A DNA stretch of 61,524 bases, from contig JBDREA010000097.1 in assembly GCA_043820265.1 (NCBI GenBank), positions 1-61,524 on the forward strand, read 5' to 3'. Positions 40,388-49,910 of this stretch are shown here, piece by piece. Numbering within the stretch: the first letter of the stretch is position 1; each line of letters begins with the position of its first letter. The position numbers were made by a program, and so were the translations under genes. The DNA is from Candidatus Altiarchaeota archaeon (GTDB lineage: Archaea; Altiarchaeota; Altiarchaeia; IMC4; JBDREA01). The notes beneath the pieces were generated by a model. It was not told the DNA's origin. It saw only the letters and a list, made by a program, of their open reading frames with translations, and did no database searches.

Positions 40388-40876
40388 ATGATCGTAGGGA
40401 AAGATGGGCTTCGCAAGTTAGTTGAGGAAAACCACTTGTTGGAAAACTTTAGCATGAAGGCTCTGGGTGGTGCTGGATACGACCTCAGACTCGATAAAAT
40501 CTATCAGCTCAAATCGGAATCCTATCTTGGAGTAGCGGACAGAAAGACCCCGGAAATCAGAGAAATTTCTTTTGAAGAATATACTCTAAACCCCAATGAA
40601 TATGTGTTGGTTGAAACCCTTGAAAAAGTAAACATGCCTGAAAATCTGATGGCCAGGATCCTCCCCAGATCAACTCTCTTTCGATGCGGAGTCACACTCA
40701 TTACAGCAGTCGTCGATCCGGGATTTCAGGGAACCCTGACAATGGGGCTGAAAAACATCTCAAACCAGGAGTTCAAAGTTGAGCGAGGCGCAAGGATCGC
40801 GCAAATAGTGTTTGAGGAAGTCGCAGGAAAAACTGAAAAATACAACGGAAAATACCAGGGCGGAAAAGTCGTATAA
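40388..40876 (+). CDS. dCTP deaminase / dUTP diphosphatase family protein
   Basis: GAGYDLRL, ARILPRSTLFRCGV and VDPGFQGTLTMGLKN motifs of the trimeric dUTPase/dCTP deaminase superfamily. The short (162 aa) archaeal form. Confidence 0.85.
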   Translation: MIVGKDGLRKLVEENHLLENFSMKALGGAGYDLRLDKIYQLKSESYLGVADRKTPEIREISFEEYTLNPNEYVLVETLEKVNMPENLMARILPRSTLFRCGVTLITAVVDPGFQGTLTMGLKNISNQEFKVERGARIAQIVFEEVAGKTEKYNGKYQGGKVV

Positions 40877-40919
40877 TATTAAAGGAAGATTTCAGGCATG
40901 GTTAGCCTTTTTGGACGGT

Positions 40920-41621
40920 TTAACTATACAGCGCAAAGGTTCCGCATGCGTCTTCGAGACCAGAATCTTTCATTTTCACAAGGCTTTCTGTGATCCTTTC
41001 CACTTCAACTATCTTTTCTGTTTCGGATGTCAGAGATTTCGCGGTAACAATTATCTTTGTATCACGGGTGAGTGTCTCCGTACCCCTGGTTGACACTTTA
41101 ATAACCTGGCTTCCACCAGGATTTAAGTTGAAATTTTCAGGTTCAACAATCAGTTGTTCACCTTCTTCCGTTTCTGCGAACACATCGACTATATCGTTTA
41201 TGTCTCCGTGGTTTTCAACGTTCAGCTTGAATCCGGCGCTGTCAGACCAGAGGGTTAATGGGCCTTCTTCGTCGGATGTAATCCTTAATTCGGCTTTTTT
41301 GTTTTCATCGAGCTTCTCAGAGACGTCTTTGGTTTGAAAGTCTTCTATGGCTGTTCTAGTCACCTTTAAGGGGATGCTTGTCTCCTCCTTAATCAGGGCT
41401 AGTTCATCCGCTCTGAGATTCTGAATTTCAATCTTTGGCACGAATGCCTGGACTTCCGAGCTCAAATGGGATTTCGTTAGCCCCTGTTGAATATCTTGTC
41501 GTTCCTCGGTCAAATCCCAAGATAAATAGATTACTGATGCTGCCGAGATTCCAGAAGCAAAGCTGATTACCAGGATAAAAAAGAGTGCAAAAAACAACGG
41601 AATGTTACTTGAATCGTACAT
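40920..41621 (-). CDS. membrane-anchored secreted protein (beta-sandwich-like)
   Basis: N-terminal signal anchor, then a domain resembling CARDB/NEW3-type beta-sandwiches (FKLNVENHGDINDIVDVFAE...NLNPGGSQVIKVS). Tentative. Confidence 0.5.
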   Translation of the reverse strand: MYDSSNIPLFFALFFILVISFASGISAASVIYLSWDLTEERQDIQQGLTKSHLSSEVQAFVPKIEIQNLRADELALIKEETSIPLKVTRTAIEDFQTKDVSEKLDENKKAELRITSDEEGPLTLWSDSAGFKLNVENHGDINDIVDVFAETEEGEQLIVEPENFNLNPGGSQVIKVSTRGTETLTRDTKIIVTAKSLTSETEKIVEVERITESLVKMKDSGLEDACGTFALYS

Positions 41622-41771
41622 TTAAACACCACCCTTAGGGATATAAACTACGCAACAATAGTATATAAAAGCGTATTTGGCGCCAAATTGCCTCGAAGGC
41701 TTATTATAACTGAATAAACTAAGTAATTCTTGTTGTTTTACGGCTCTGTATTCACCCAGAGGTTTCGAAAA

Positions 41772-42533
41772 ATGAAATATAATGTCAGCTTGGTCATGAT
41801 GGGCTTGTTGCTTCTGACAATCATCTCTCTTATCTCTCTAGCGCTCTATTCGAGGATGAAATACGACGATCTGAGCGAAGACTATGAGAACGCCATCAGA
41901 GAAGTCAATAAGGCGGCAGAAGAGCTTAATCAGACCCTTGCGGAGGCTCAGGCTAAAGAGAAGCTTCTAACAACCAAAGAGCAGATCCTCGTGGATTACC
42001 TCGATGAACTGAACCTCTCAAAGGAAAGGGAATCCAGTCTGGGGGTTCATTTCACAGAGCTCAGGGGAGAAAAAGACATCTTAACCGCGAACCTCTCAGA
42101 GACCAGGGAAAGGTTGGGGGAGTTAAACGACGAATTCGAGAAAGCCAAGACCAGCCTCGACGTATGCGAGATAGATTTCGACCTCTGCGAAGATCAGTTG
42201 GAGGATACAGCCGAAAATATGCCTGCGATGAAGGGTAATTTCAGCGAGCTATTGGAGGAGATGAATGATGCCTGGGCCGATCTCACCCGGATCCTTGACG
42301 AATACGAAGAAGTGGATTCTGAGGCAACTGCGTTAAGAAAGGAAATGGTCAAGCTCGAAAACTCAACCGATGATGAAGAAGAATTAGAAGATGCCATCGA
42401 CGCTGTCAAAGACGAGATTAATGACGTTGAGACAAAGCTTAGTGCATTGAAGCGCTCGATAAACGATCTCGAAGAAAACCTGGACAGCGCCCTTGACAGG
42501 ATGCGCCTGGAGCTAAAATGGATGACGTCCTAG
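41772..42533 (+). CDS. membrane-anchored coiled-coil protein
   Basis: N-terminal TM (MKYNVSLVMMGLLLLTIISLISLAL), then about 220 aa of acidic heptad-like sequence. First gene of the MoxR operon. Start set at ATG 41772. Confidence 0.6.
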   Translation: MKYNVSLVMMGLLLLTIISLISLALYSRMKYDDLSEDYENAIREVNKAAEELNQTLAEAQAKEKLLTTKEQILVDYLDELNLSKERESSLGVHFTELRGEKDILTANLSETRERLGELNDEFEKAKTSLDVCEIDFDLCEDQLEDTAENMPAMKGNFSELLEEMNDAWADLTRILDEYEEVDSEATALRKEMVKLENSTDDEEELEDAIDAVKDEINDVETKLSALKRSINDLEENLDSALDRMRLELKWMTS

Positions 42534-43441
42534 CAAAGATCAGAGAGGTCAGAAACCTCGTCTACTTTATCCTTTTATACACTGCCAGCCTGGATTTCAT
42601 TTTTTCCTTTTTGGTCTTCGCGATAATCCTAGACCTATTTGGTGTGAAGTTCCTTTATGCTCTGGTTCCCGCCTTGTTTTACACAGTCTACGCCCTGAGG
42701 GAGAACCTGAAGGAAAACGATGTAATCCGGGATATTGAAGCCAATTTCCATGGATTAAACGAGAGATTAAAGACCGCTTACGATAACCAGGGGCAAGACA
42801 ACGTTATACTCAGAGGGCTAAGAAGGGACGTCATCGTTAGAATGCAAAGCATAGAGTCAAATCCCTTCATCAATCTGGGTTCGCAGGTAAAGAGGGTCTT
42901 TTCCATAGTCATCCTCTCATTCATTTTCCTTTCTATTGGAACAATCGAATTCAGGGAAATGCCTTTATGGGATTTTCTGGGGGAAAATCCCGTCCTTAAC
43001 GAAGCGAGGGATGCAGTCAATTCAATTCGGGGGGGAATAGAAGATCAACTCGGCCTAGACGAGGACCGAAGCTACAAGGGCGGTAACTACTCTGATCCCA
43101 CCCAAGAGGAGACGTTGGGAGCTGAGGCGGGAGGAAGAAAACCTGGGATATCCTACGGGCCCATTCCTGGAACAGGAGGCGGGGCGGGCGATGATATAAA
43201 CGAAAACATTTTCGGCGAGGCATCTTCTGCGAGCCTTCAAGGCCAAAACATCGATTTCAAGCTTCACCCCGAATACGGGGGGGAAATCGAGGTAAACGAG
43301 GAAGAACAAGAAAACAAGCCATTTCAGGAATTCGTCTTACCTTACATAGAGTCATTAGAGGAGTGTCAGGAGTGCATTGTTGGTCCTGAACACGAAGAAA
43401 TCGTCAGAAGATATTTTGAAAAAATCGCGGAGGAAAGCTAA
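42518..43441 (+). CDS. membrane protein of the MoxR operon
   Basis: 307 aa with 2-3 TM segments and a Gly/acidic-rich tail. Overlaps the upstream gene by 16 nt and abuts moxR. Confidence 0.55.
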   Translation: MDDVLAKIREVRNLVYFILLYTASLDFIFSFLVFAIILDLFGVKFLYALVPALFYTVYALRENLKENDVIRDIEANFHGLNERLKTAYDNQGQDNVILRGLRRDVIVRMQSIESNPFINLGSQVKRVFSIVILSFIFLSIGTIEFREMPLWDFLGENPVLNEARDAVNSIRGGIEDQLGLDEDRSYKGGNYSDPTQEETLGAEAGGRKPGISYGPIPGTGGGAGDDINENIFGEASSASLQGQNIDFKLHPEYGGEIEVNEEEQENKPFQEFVLPYIESLEECQECIVGPEHEEIVRRYFEKIAEES

Positions 43442-44467
43442 ATGAAAGTAGGAACAAGCGTCTGGGACAGCAAAGAAGATGAAGAGCCAAAAAAGGATTT
43501 GGGCGAAGTCTATGAGCACATGAACGAAACCTATAAGCGAGTTATCGAGGAGGCTGGAAAAGTTGTTGTAGGTCAACGAGATGTGATCGAGCAGATACTT
43601 ATCGCAATATTCTCTGATAATCACGCGCTTATAGAGGGTTTTCCGGGATTAGGAAAAACCCTAATGGTTAAGACTTTATCACAGGTAATGAATCTCTCCT
43701 TCGGAAGGATTCAATGCACCCCAGACCTTATGCCATCTGATATAACGGGGACCTACATCGTCGAAGAGGATGCCGGAGGGAGAAAGAAGTTCAGGTTCGA
43801 AAAAGGGCCTGTTTTCACCAATATCCTTTTAGCTGACGAAATAAACCGTGCAACACCCAAGGCTCAAAGCGCTCTTCTCGAATCCATGCAGGAAAGGCAG
43901 GTAACTATGGGTTTGGAGACTCACCTGCTGGAAAAACCTTTCCTTGTATTGGCAACCCAGAATCCCATAGAAATGGAGGGGACATATCCTCTCCCAGAAG
44001 CGCAAGTTGACCGGTTCCTCCTGAAGATAATCGTTGATTACCCTGAACTGGCTGACGAACAAAAGATAATGGACAGATACACAATCGAATCCCTTCCCAG
44101 CGTAAACCGTGTCATAGACAAAGACGTTATTTTGTCAATCCAGGAATTGACCCGAAAGATGCCCATTTCAACCGAGGTCAGAGACTATGCCCTAAATATT
44201 GTGTCAGCAACCAGGCCTGGGCCAAAAAAGGCTACCGCAACAAAGTATCTGGACTTTGGAGCATCGCCTCGAGCTTCCATCGGATTAGTACTGGGTTCCA
44301 AGGCCAGGGCATTGATTAACGGGCGAAACTTTGTAAGCAAAAAAGATGTCGAAGCAATGGCGTTCCCGATTCTGAGACACCGGGTGATACTAAACTTTGA
44401 ATCGGAAAGGAAGGGCATGGTCACAGACGACATCATCGAAGAGATACTTGAGGGGGTGGAGGCTTGA
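43442..44467 (+). CDS. MoxR-family AAA+ ATPase
   Basis: Walker A EGFPGLGKT, Walker B ILLADEINRATPK, then sensor and LATQNPIEMEGTYPLPEAQVDRF, diagnostic of the MoxR/AAA_3 family. Confidence 0.95.
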   Translation: MKVGTSVWDSKEDEEPKKDLGEVYEHMNETYKRVIEEAGKVVVGQRDVIEQILIAIFSDNHALIEGFPGLGKTLMVKTLSQVMNLSFGRIQCTPDLMPSDITGTYIVEEDAGGRKKFRFEKGPVFTNILLADEINRATPKAQSALLESMQERQVTMGLETHLLEKPFLVLATQNPIEMEGTYPLPEAQVDRFLLKIIVDYPELADEQKIMDRYTIESLPSVNRVIDKDVILSIQELTRKMPISTEVRDYALNIVSATRPGPKKATATKYLDFGASPRASIGLVLGSKARALINGRNFVSKKDVEAMAFPILRHRVILNFESERKGMVTDDIIEEILEGVEA

Positions 44468-45345
44468 CCATTGACCCAAGCTTTCTAGACGAGTTAAAGG
44501 AGTTGAAGTTCATCTTAAAGCGCCGTGTTCAAAGCCTATATGCTGGAGGCAGGCCAAGCATCCAACACGGTCGAGGCCTTGAGATAATCGACTACCCAGA
44601 GTATAGTCCGGGCGACGATTTTCGCCTTGTGGACTGGAGGCTTTATGCTAGAACAGAAAAACTCTACATTAAAAGGTTCGAGGAGGAACGGGACCTTGAG
44701 ACCCACGTACTCTTGGATGCTTCTGCCAGCATGGATTTCCGAACCACTTCTATCTCTAAATACGATTTTGCAGGAAGCATCGCACTGGGATTCGCCTATA
44801 TTGCTTCAGTCAACAACGAAAAATTCGCCTTAGGTCTTTATTCAAAAGAACTGAGGGATGTCATCCAGCCGCTCCGGGGGAAAACCAACATTTTCCGGGT
44901 CATCGACCTGTTAAATAAAACAAAGCTTAGAGGAGAAACTGATTTGGGTGTTTCTGCGACTCAGTATTCAAAGATGCTGAAATCCAAGTCTTTCGCAGTT
45001 GTGGTAAGCGATTTTTTGGAGCCTATTGAATCGTTGAGGGAGGGATTTTACCGTCTAGCAAAGCACGTAAAGGATCTCATAATCGTCCAGGTGCTTGATC
45101 CCGGCGAAATCAGTTTTCGCTGGAGCGAAGACGTCAAATTCAAAGACCTCGAAACAAGCCGTATGAAACCGACATATCTTAGTCCAACCTTTAAGGCGGA
45201 ATATGAACGCAGATTCAACGAGCACATAAATAGTCTACAGGAAATAGCCCATGACCTAGGCTGCGATTTCATCTCCCTAAAAACCGATAGTTCGATAACC
45301 GAGGCCTTTGTAGACCTCCTTGGGGGGGCGAAGAGGCATGCTTGA
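44464..45345 (+). CDS. DUF58-family protein (MoxR partner)
   Basis: GRPSIQHGRGLEIIDYPEYSPGDDFRLVDWRLYART is the DUF58 signature, followed by a VWA-like core LLDASASM. Uses a TTG start that overlaps the moxR stop (TTGA). Confidence 0.85.
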   Translation: MTIDPSFLDELKELKFILKRRVQSLYAGGRPSIQHGRGLEIIDYPEYSPGDDFRLVDWRLYARTEKLYIKRFEEERDLETHVLLDASASMDFRTTSISKYDFAGSIALGFAYIASVNNEKFALGLYSKELRDVIQPLRGKTNIFRVIDLLNKTKLRGETDLGVSATQYSKMLKSKSFAVVVSDFLEPIESLREGFYRLAKHVKDLIIVQVLDPGEISFRWSEDVKFKDLETSRMKPTYLSPTFKAEYERRFNEHINSLQEIAHDLGCDFISLKTDSSITEAFVDLLGGAKRHA

Positions 45346-47284
45346 GTTTCTCGGGATAAACGAAGCAGATTTTTTCGGCAACCCAACCGCTTTTTGGGCG
45401 GCTTTCTTAGTTGTCCCGATAATCCTGCTTTATCTTTTGAGACCCAGACCTCAGGTGATCTCCATCCCATCACTTATGTTTCTTCGAAAGATCGAGAAAT
45501 CGCGGAGGCTTCAGTCTTTTTTCACCCGTCTGGTTCGCGACCCGATTCTCATTTTTCAAATAATCATCATTCTGCTTTTGGTTGGGTCTTTGGCTGGTCC
45601 ATTCACCCAGGTTCGCCAAAGCGTTAATCCCGAAGAAGAGGTCGTTATCGTTATCGATGCCTCAGCTAGCATGAAGGCGAAGGATGGGGCAGAAAGCCGA
45701 TTTGACGCTGCCTTGGATGTCACAAGACAGATAATCGGGGGATTGGATGAGCGGGATTTTGTATCCATTGTCGTTGCCGAATCTGTTCCTGCCACAGCAT
45801 TAGTCCATGGGAAACCGTTTGAAGCAACAAGTGCGATGGGACGTCTTAAACCCGCTGACACACCAACTAATCTGGGCGACAGCATACTCTTAGCTAAGGA
45901 TTTGCTCGCAGAAACTGAGCTACAGAGGGTTATCTATGTTGTGTCGGATTTCGCAGGAGAGAGCGTTACAAAAGCTGAACTGGCAAAAAAGATCGCTGCT
46001 GCCCAGGCAATCGAGGTGTCTTTCATCCAGGTTGGCTCAAATGAGGCGTCAAATATTGCCATCACTGCTTTTGAGGCGAAAAGGTCGCTAACCGATAGAA
46101 ACAGGATTATCGTATCGGCCAGCGTTGAAAACTTCGGAAGTGTTGATGTTGAGACCTCTTTTTTCGTCTATACATTCGAGAAGGAACTGGCCTCTGAAAC
46201 CCGGATGATAAAGGCGGGGGGGGAGGAGTTCTTTTATTACCAATTCGGAGTAGGACCTGAGGAACAAAGGATCAGAGCAGAACTGACAGATGGCGGGGCG
46301 CTTTCATCAGATGATGTTTCCTACTCTTATGTTTCCGGCCTAAGACAGTATAAAATCGCGCTTTTAAGTTATACTGGCAAAGACCGGTTTCTAAGATATG
46401 TTTTGGAGTCTCCGCTCAATAACCAAGTGGATATCTTTTACCCCCCAATAATACCTGATTTATCTGCATATGATATCATAATCTTGGGTTCTGTCTCCAA
46501 GGAAAACCTTCTTCCCGGAGCAACCGCTGAACTGTTAAGGCAAGTTAGGTCGGGAACCAACATCCTATTTGTCGGATCAAACGATTTAGGAGAAAACATA
46601 GATTCAAACCTTGCGCAAATTCTTCCGGTGACCCTTGGCGAGGTGATAACCCAGGATCTTCCCGTCAAACAGGCTATCGAGCATGAGATGCTCAAGGATG
46701 TAACTCTAAAAAACATTGTGGTGAAAAAATATTTCTCCTCTCAACCACGTCAGAATGCCACCACACTGCTTTTAGCAGGGAACAATTCCTTGGTGACCTA
46801 TTTCCCGTTTGGTGGGGGGAAGGCCATGTACATGGGGTTGAATCCAGAAAGCGATTGGAGCAATTTCTATCACAGTGCCTCTTTTCCGGTCTTTTGGGTT
46901 CAAGTCATTGAATTCATAGATAGGTTGGAGGATCAACCCACTCAGTTGAATCTGAGAACTGGGGAAATAGTTACTTTACTGTATGCAACAAACATAACAA
47001 CCCCTGCTTGGGAAACGATCCCTACCGGAAGCGTCTATTTGGACGAGATAGGATTTTATAGGGCTGAGATGGGATATGGTCCAGAAACATTTTCTGCGAG
47101 CATGCTTAATGGACTAGAATCGGACCTTAAACTGGGAGAAGTATCAGAAGAGGTTGGGATTGTTGCAGTGATAGTGGATGAACTAGAAGAGATAAGACGC
47201 GAGCACTACTGGATTTTATGTGTTATCTGCATCCTGTTCCTTTTCGCAGAGGCGCTTGTACTCAAGGGGAGGGGGAAGCTGTGA
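45338..47284 (+). CDS. BatA-like membrane protein with VWA domain
   Basis: N-terminal double-TM Bat-type segment (NPTAFWAAFLVVPIILLYLLRPRP), VWA MIDAS VIVIDASASM, C-terminal TM. The ATG overlaps the DUF58 stop. Confidence 0.85.
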   Translation: MLEFLGINEADFFGNPTAFWAAFLVVPIILLYLLRPRPQVISIPSLMFLRKIEKSRRLQSFFTRLVRDPILIFQIIIILLLVGSLAGPFTQVRQSVNPEEEVVIVIDASASMKAKDGAESRFDAALDVTRQIIGGLDERDFVSIVVAESVPATALVHGKPFEATSAMGRLKPADTPTNLGDSILLAKDLLAETELQRVIYVVSDFAGESVTKAELAKKIAAAQAIEVSFIQVGSNEASNIAITAFEAKRSLTDRNRIIVSASVENFGSVDVETSFFVYTFEKELASETRMIKAGGEEFFYYQFGVGPEEQRIRAELTDGGALSSDDVSYSYVSGLRQYKIALLSYTGKDRFLRYVLESPLNNQVDIFYPPIIPDLSAYDIIILGSVSKENLLPGATAELLRQVRSGTNILFVGSNDLGENIDSNLAQILPVTLGEVITQDLPVKQAIEHEMLKDVTLKNIVVKKYFSSQPRQNATTLLLAGNNSLVTYFPFGGGKAMYMGLNPESDWSNFYHSASFPVFWVQVIEFIDRLEDQPTQLNLRTGEIVTLLYATNITTPAWETIPTGSVYLDEIGFYRAEMGYGPETFSASMLNGLESDLKLGEVSEEVGIVAVIVDELEEIRREHYWILCVICILFLFAEALVLKGRGKL

Positions 47285-49839
47285 GTGTAATAGATACTTT
47301 CTTGGATTACGTAGTGGCAGCCAACCAGATTGCATTTGAGCACACTGAACGTCTGCTTTGGATTCCAGCAGTTATAATCCTTCTAGCTTTCTTAATGAGG
47401 AAAGGCGGCTTTTCCCTGAAAAAAATCTGGTTCATCTTGAAGAGATTTCTGCTTTTCTCATTAATCCTCGCAGCGATTGCTTCACCTTACATCCTGGAAA
47501 GCCAAGAGCTACCAAGAAAGATGCCTCCAATTACCTTACTCGTCGATGAATCGGCTAGCATGGGTCTTTTTGAAAATGTCTCAAATGAAGGCCGAGCGCT
47601 CAGACAAGATCTCGTTGAGATAATCGGAAATCTTTCAAGCATCCCGCCAGATGTTTCCATCCAGACATTCAGTAGGGGGAATTCGACATCAATAGGGGAC
47701 GTCCTTTACTCCCAGTCCGTACACTCTCAGAGCTCATCAAACATCATAATATTACTGAGTGACGGACAAAATATCGCGGGAAAAAATCCCCTGGAAGTTT
47801 CTAGGGCCTTAGGGAAAGCTAATTCATCGGTCTTGGTTATCAACCCAAAAATCCAACGCCCGGAAGTTTTAATCACAAACATTGTCGGCGAAAGAAAGAT
47901 TCCCCTTAAGGCCGAGTACACACTTTATGTGGAGGTCGAAAAAGTCACTCCCAAACCAGTGAACTACAAAATCGAGATATTCGTCGACGGATCAAAAAGG
48001 TTCGGCACTCGCGAAACACAATCTGAAGCAAAAAAATACTATCCTCTGAGTCTATCCTTCTCAGATGTCGGCATCCATGAAATCCGCGCAGAGATAACTC
48101 CAAGTTCCGCTGAGCAGGACACATTCCTAGAAAATAACATCTTCTATAAGGGTGTTGAAGTCATAGATAAGCCCCGCATCCTTGTGATAGTCGGAAACGA
48201 GACATCCTCACCTTTAGTCCAGGTACTGGACGACCTATACGACGTGACAGTCACACGCTCCCCCCAACTATCGCAGCTTTCCCAATACAACGCCATCGTA
48301 GTCGACAACCTGCCTACCACAAAGATGGTCAAAGGATTAGTTGACAGACTGAGAGACTATGTCATTGACGGAAACGGTATCTGGGTCGTAGGTGGGAGTA
48401 ACAGCTTCGAATACGGAGGCTACTACAACAGCGACTTCGAAAACCTCCTGCCCGTCCGCTCGATTCCAAAGCCAAAAGAGCTTCGAAAACCGATAAGCAT
48501 TGTTTTTCTTCTGGATGTGTCAAACAGCTTCTCCTATAGCCCAGACCCCCAGACTAAAAGCACGAAACTCGACGTTGAAAAAGCGATCGTCCTAAAGATG
48601 ATGAAGGAATTAAAAGACGACGACCTCGTAGGAGTAATAGCCATGAATGCCGGGGATTTTGCCCTGACGAATGGGATAGAAAGGTTCGGGGACATAAGAG
48701 ACGACATACAAAACGACATCTTACAATTAATACCTGGAGGAGGCACCATCCTAATAAAATCACTCGAAACATCCCAAAACCTTTTTTCGGGGAGAGGAGA
48801 AAAAAAGTTCCTTGTCATAATCTCTGATGGGGTATTTTCCAAATCCCAAAAAAAGCTCAGCCTCGAAAAAATTTCTCAACTCTCAGATTATGGAGTAAAG
48901 ACCTATACGATCGGCCTAGGCTTTGATACAGACGAATACTATATGAGCGAGATAGCGAAAGCAGGAGACGGCCTATACCTGAAACCGGAGGGTTACCAAA
49001 GGCTCAAACTCGAATTCGGAAGGGAAGCAGAGGCGGGAGATTCAGACGCCTCATCTTTGATGGTGAGAGACCAATACCACTACATCACACACAATCTTGA
49101 GCTCCCCGAATCTGCGGTTTCGGACTTCAACAAAGTCAACGAGAAATCAACCGCCAGGGTCCTGGTAACAGCCAAGGGGGATCAGCCCATAGTCACAGTG
49201 TGGAATTTCGGTTTGGGGCGAGTGGCTGCTCTCTCAACTGACAACGGCCTGCACTGGGCACCCCGGGTCTACGATTCTGAGAAAGGAAGATTGGTGGCAT
49301 CAATCACCAACTGGGTTTTGGGAGACATGGAAAAACACAAGAAAGTCCGGATTTCCACAAAGGATCTGTTTCTTGGCGAAGAGGCATTATTCGAAATAAA
49401 ATCTGAATCAAGACCCGAATTGATAATCGAAAAAGGAGATAGCCGGGAAAGGGAGGATGCTCCGCTGAAACGAAGAGAGATGGACTCCTACCAAGCATCA
49501 TTCATTCCCCAGGAAACCGGTTTCTACAGCATTCTCGCAGCAATCGAAGGCGAAGACGACATCGACCTTATCGCTGTCAACTATGAAATGGAGTTTTCAA
49601 AACTTGGCGTAAACGAGGACGTACTGGGATCTATGGCGCAACTTGGGGCAGGAAAACTCTACGGTATGGATGAACTTGATTCGCTAAAAGAGGACATACT
49701 CGAATATGCAAAGAAGGAAACCGTCGAGGAAGTGACAGAAAAAAGGCCGCTTTGGCACATCTTCCTGGTATTGGCTCTGGCGTTCTATTTCATCGATGCT
49801 GTGTATATGAGGATAAGGGAGCTATTTAAAAAACGATGA
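47281..49839 (+). CDS. large membrane protein with two VWA-like domains (BatB/D-like)
   Basis: GTG start within a GTGA overlap with the upstream stop. N-terminal TMs. MIDAS-like LLVDESASMG and FLLDVSNSFS. C-terminal TM. About 850 aa. Confidence 0.8.
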   Translation: MSVIDTFLDYVVAANQIAFEHTERLLWIPAVIILLAFLMRKGGFSLKKIWFILKRFLLFSLILAAIASPYILESQELPRKMPPITLLVDESASMGLFENVSNEGRALRQDLVEIIGNLSSIPPDVSIQTFSRGNSTSIGDVLYSQSVHSQSSSNIIILLSDGQNIAGKNPLEVSRALGKANSSVLVINPKIQRPEVLITNIVGERKIPLKAEYTLYVEVEKVTPKPVNYKIEIFVDGSKRFGTRETQSEAKKYYPLSLSFSDVGIHEIRAEITPSSAEQDTFLENNIFYKGVEVIDKPRILVIVGNETSSPLVQVLDDLYDVTVTRSPQLSQLSQYNAIVVDNLPTTKMVKGLVDRLRDYVIDGNGIWVVGGSNSFEYGGYYNSDFENLLPVRSIPKPKELRKPISIVFLLDVSNSFSYSPDPQTKSTKLDVEKAIVLKMMKELKDDDLVGVIAMNAGDFALTNGIERFGDIRDDIQNDILQLIPGGGTILIKSLETSQNLFSGRGEKKFLVIISDGVFSKSQKKLSLEKISQLSDYGVKTYTIGLGFDTDEYYMSEIAKAGDGLYLKPEGYQRLKLEFGREAEAGDSDASSLMVRDQYHYITHNLELPESAVSDFNKVNEKSTARVLVTAKGDQPIVTVWNFGLGRVAALSTDNGLHWAPRVYDSEKGRLVASITNWVLGDMEKHKKVRISTKDLFLGEEALFEIKSESRPELIIEKGDSREREDAPLKRREMDSYQASFIPQETGFYSILAAIEGEDDIDLIAVNYEMEFSKLGVNEDVLGSMAQLGAGKLYGMDELDSLKEDILEYAKKETVEEVTEKRPLWHIFLVLALAFYFIDAVYMRIRELFKKR

Positions 49840-49910
49840 CCTACCCTAATCTACCAACCAATCACACTATGAAAACTATATAAGGGGAAAAAGACAAATC
49901 CTAAACGAAG

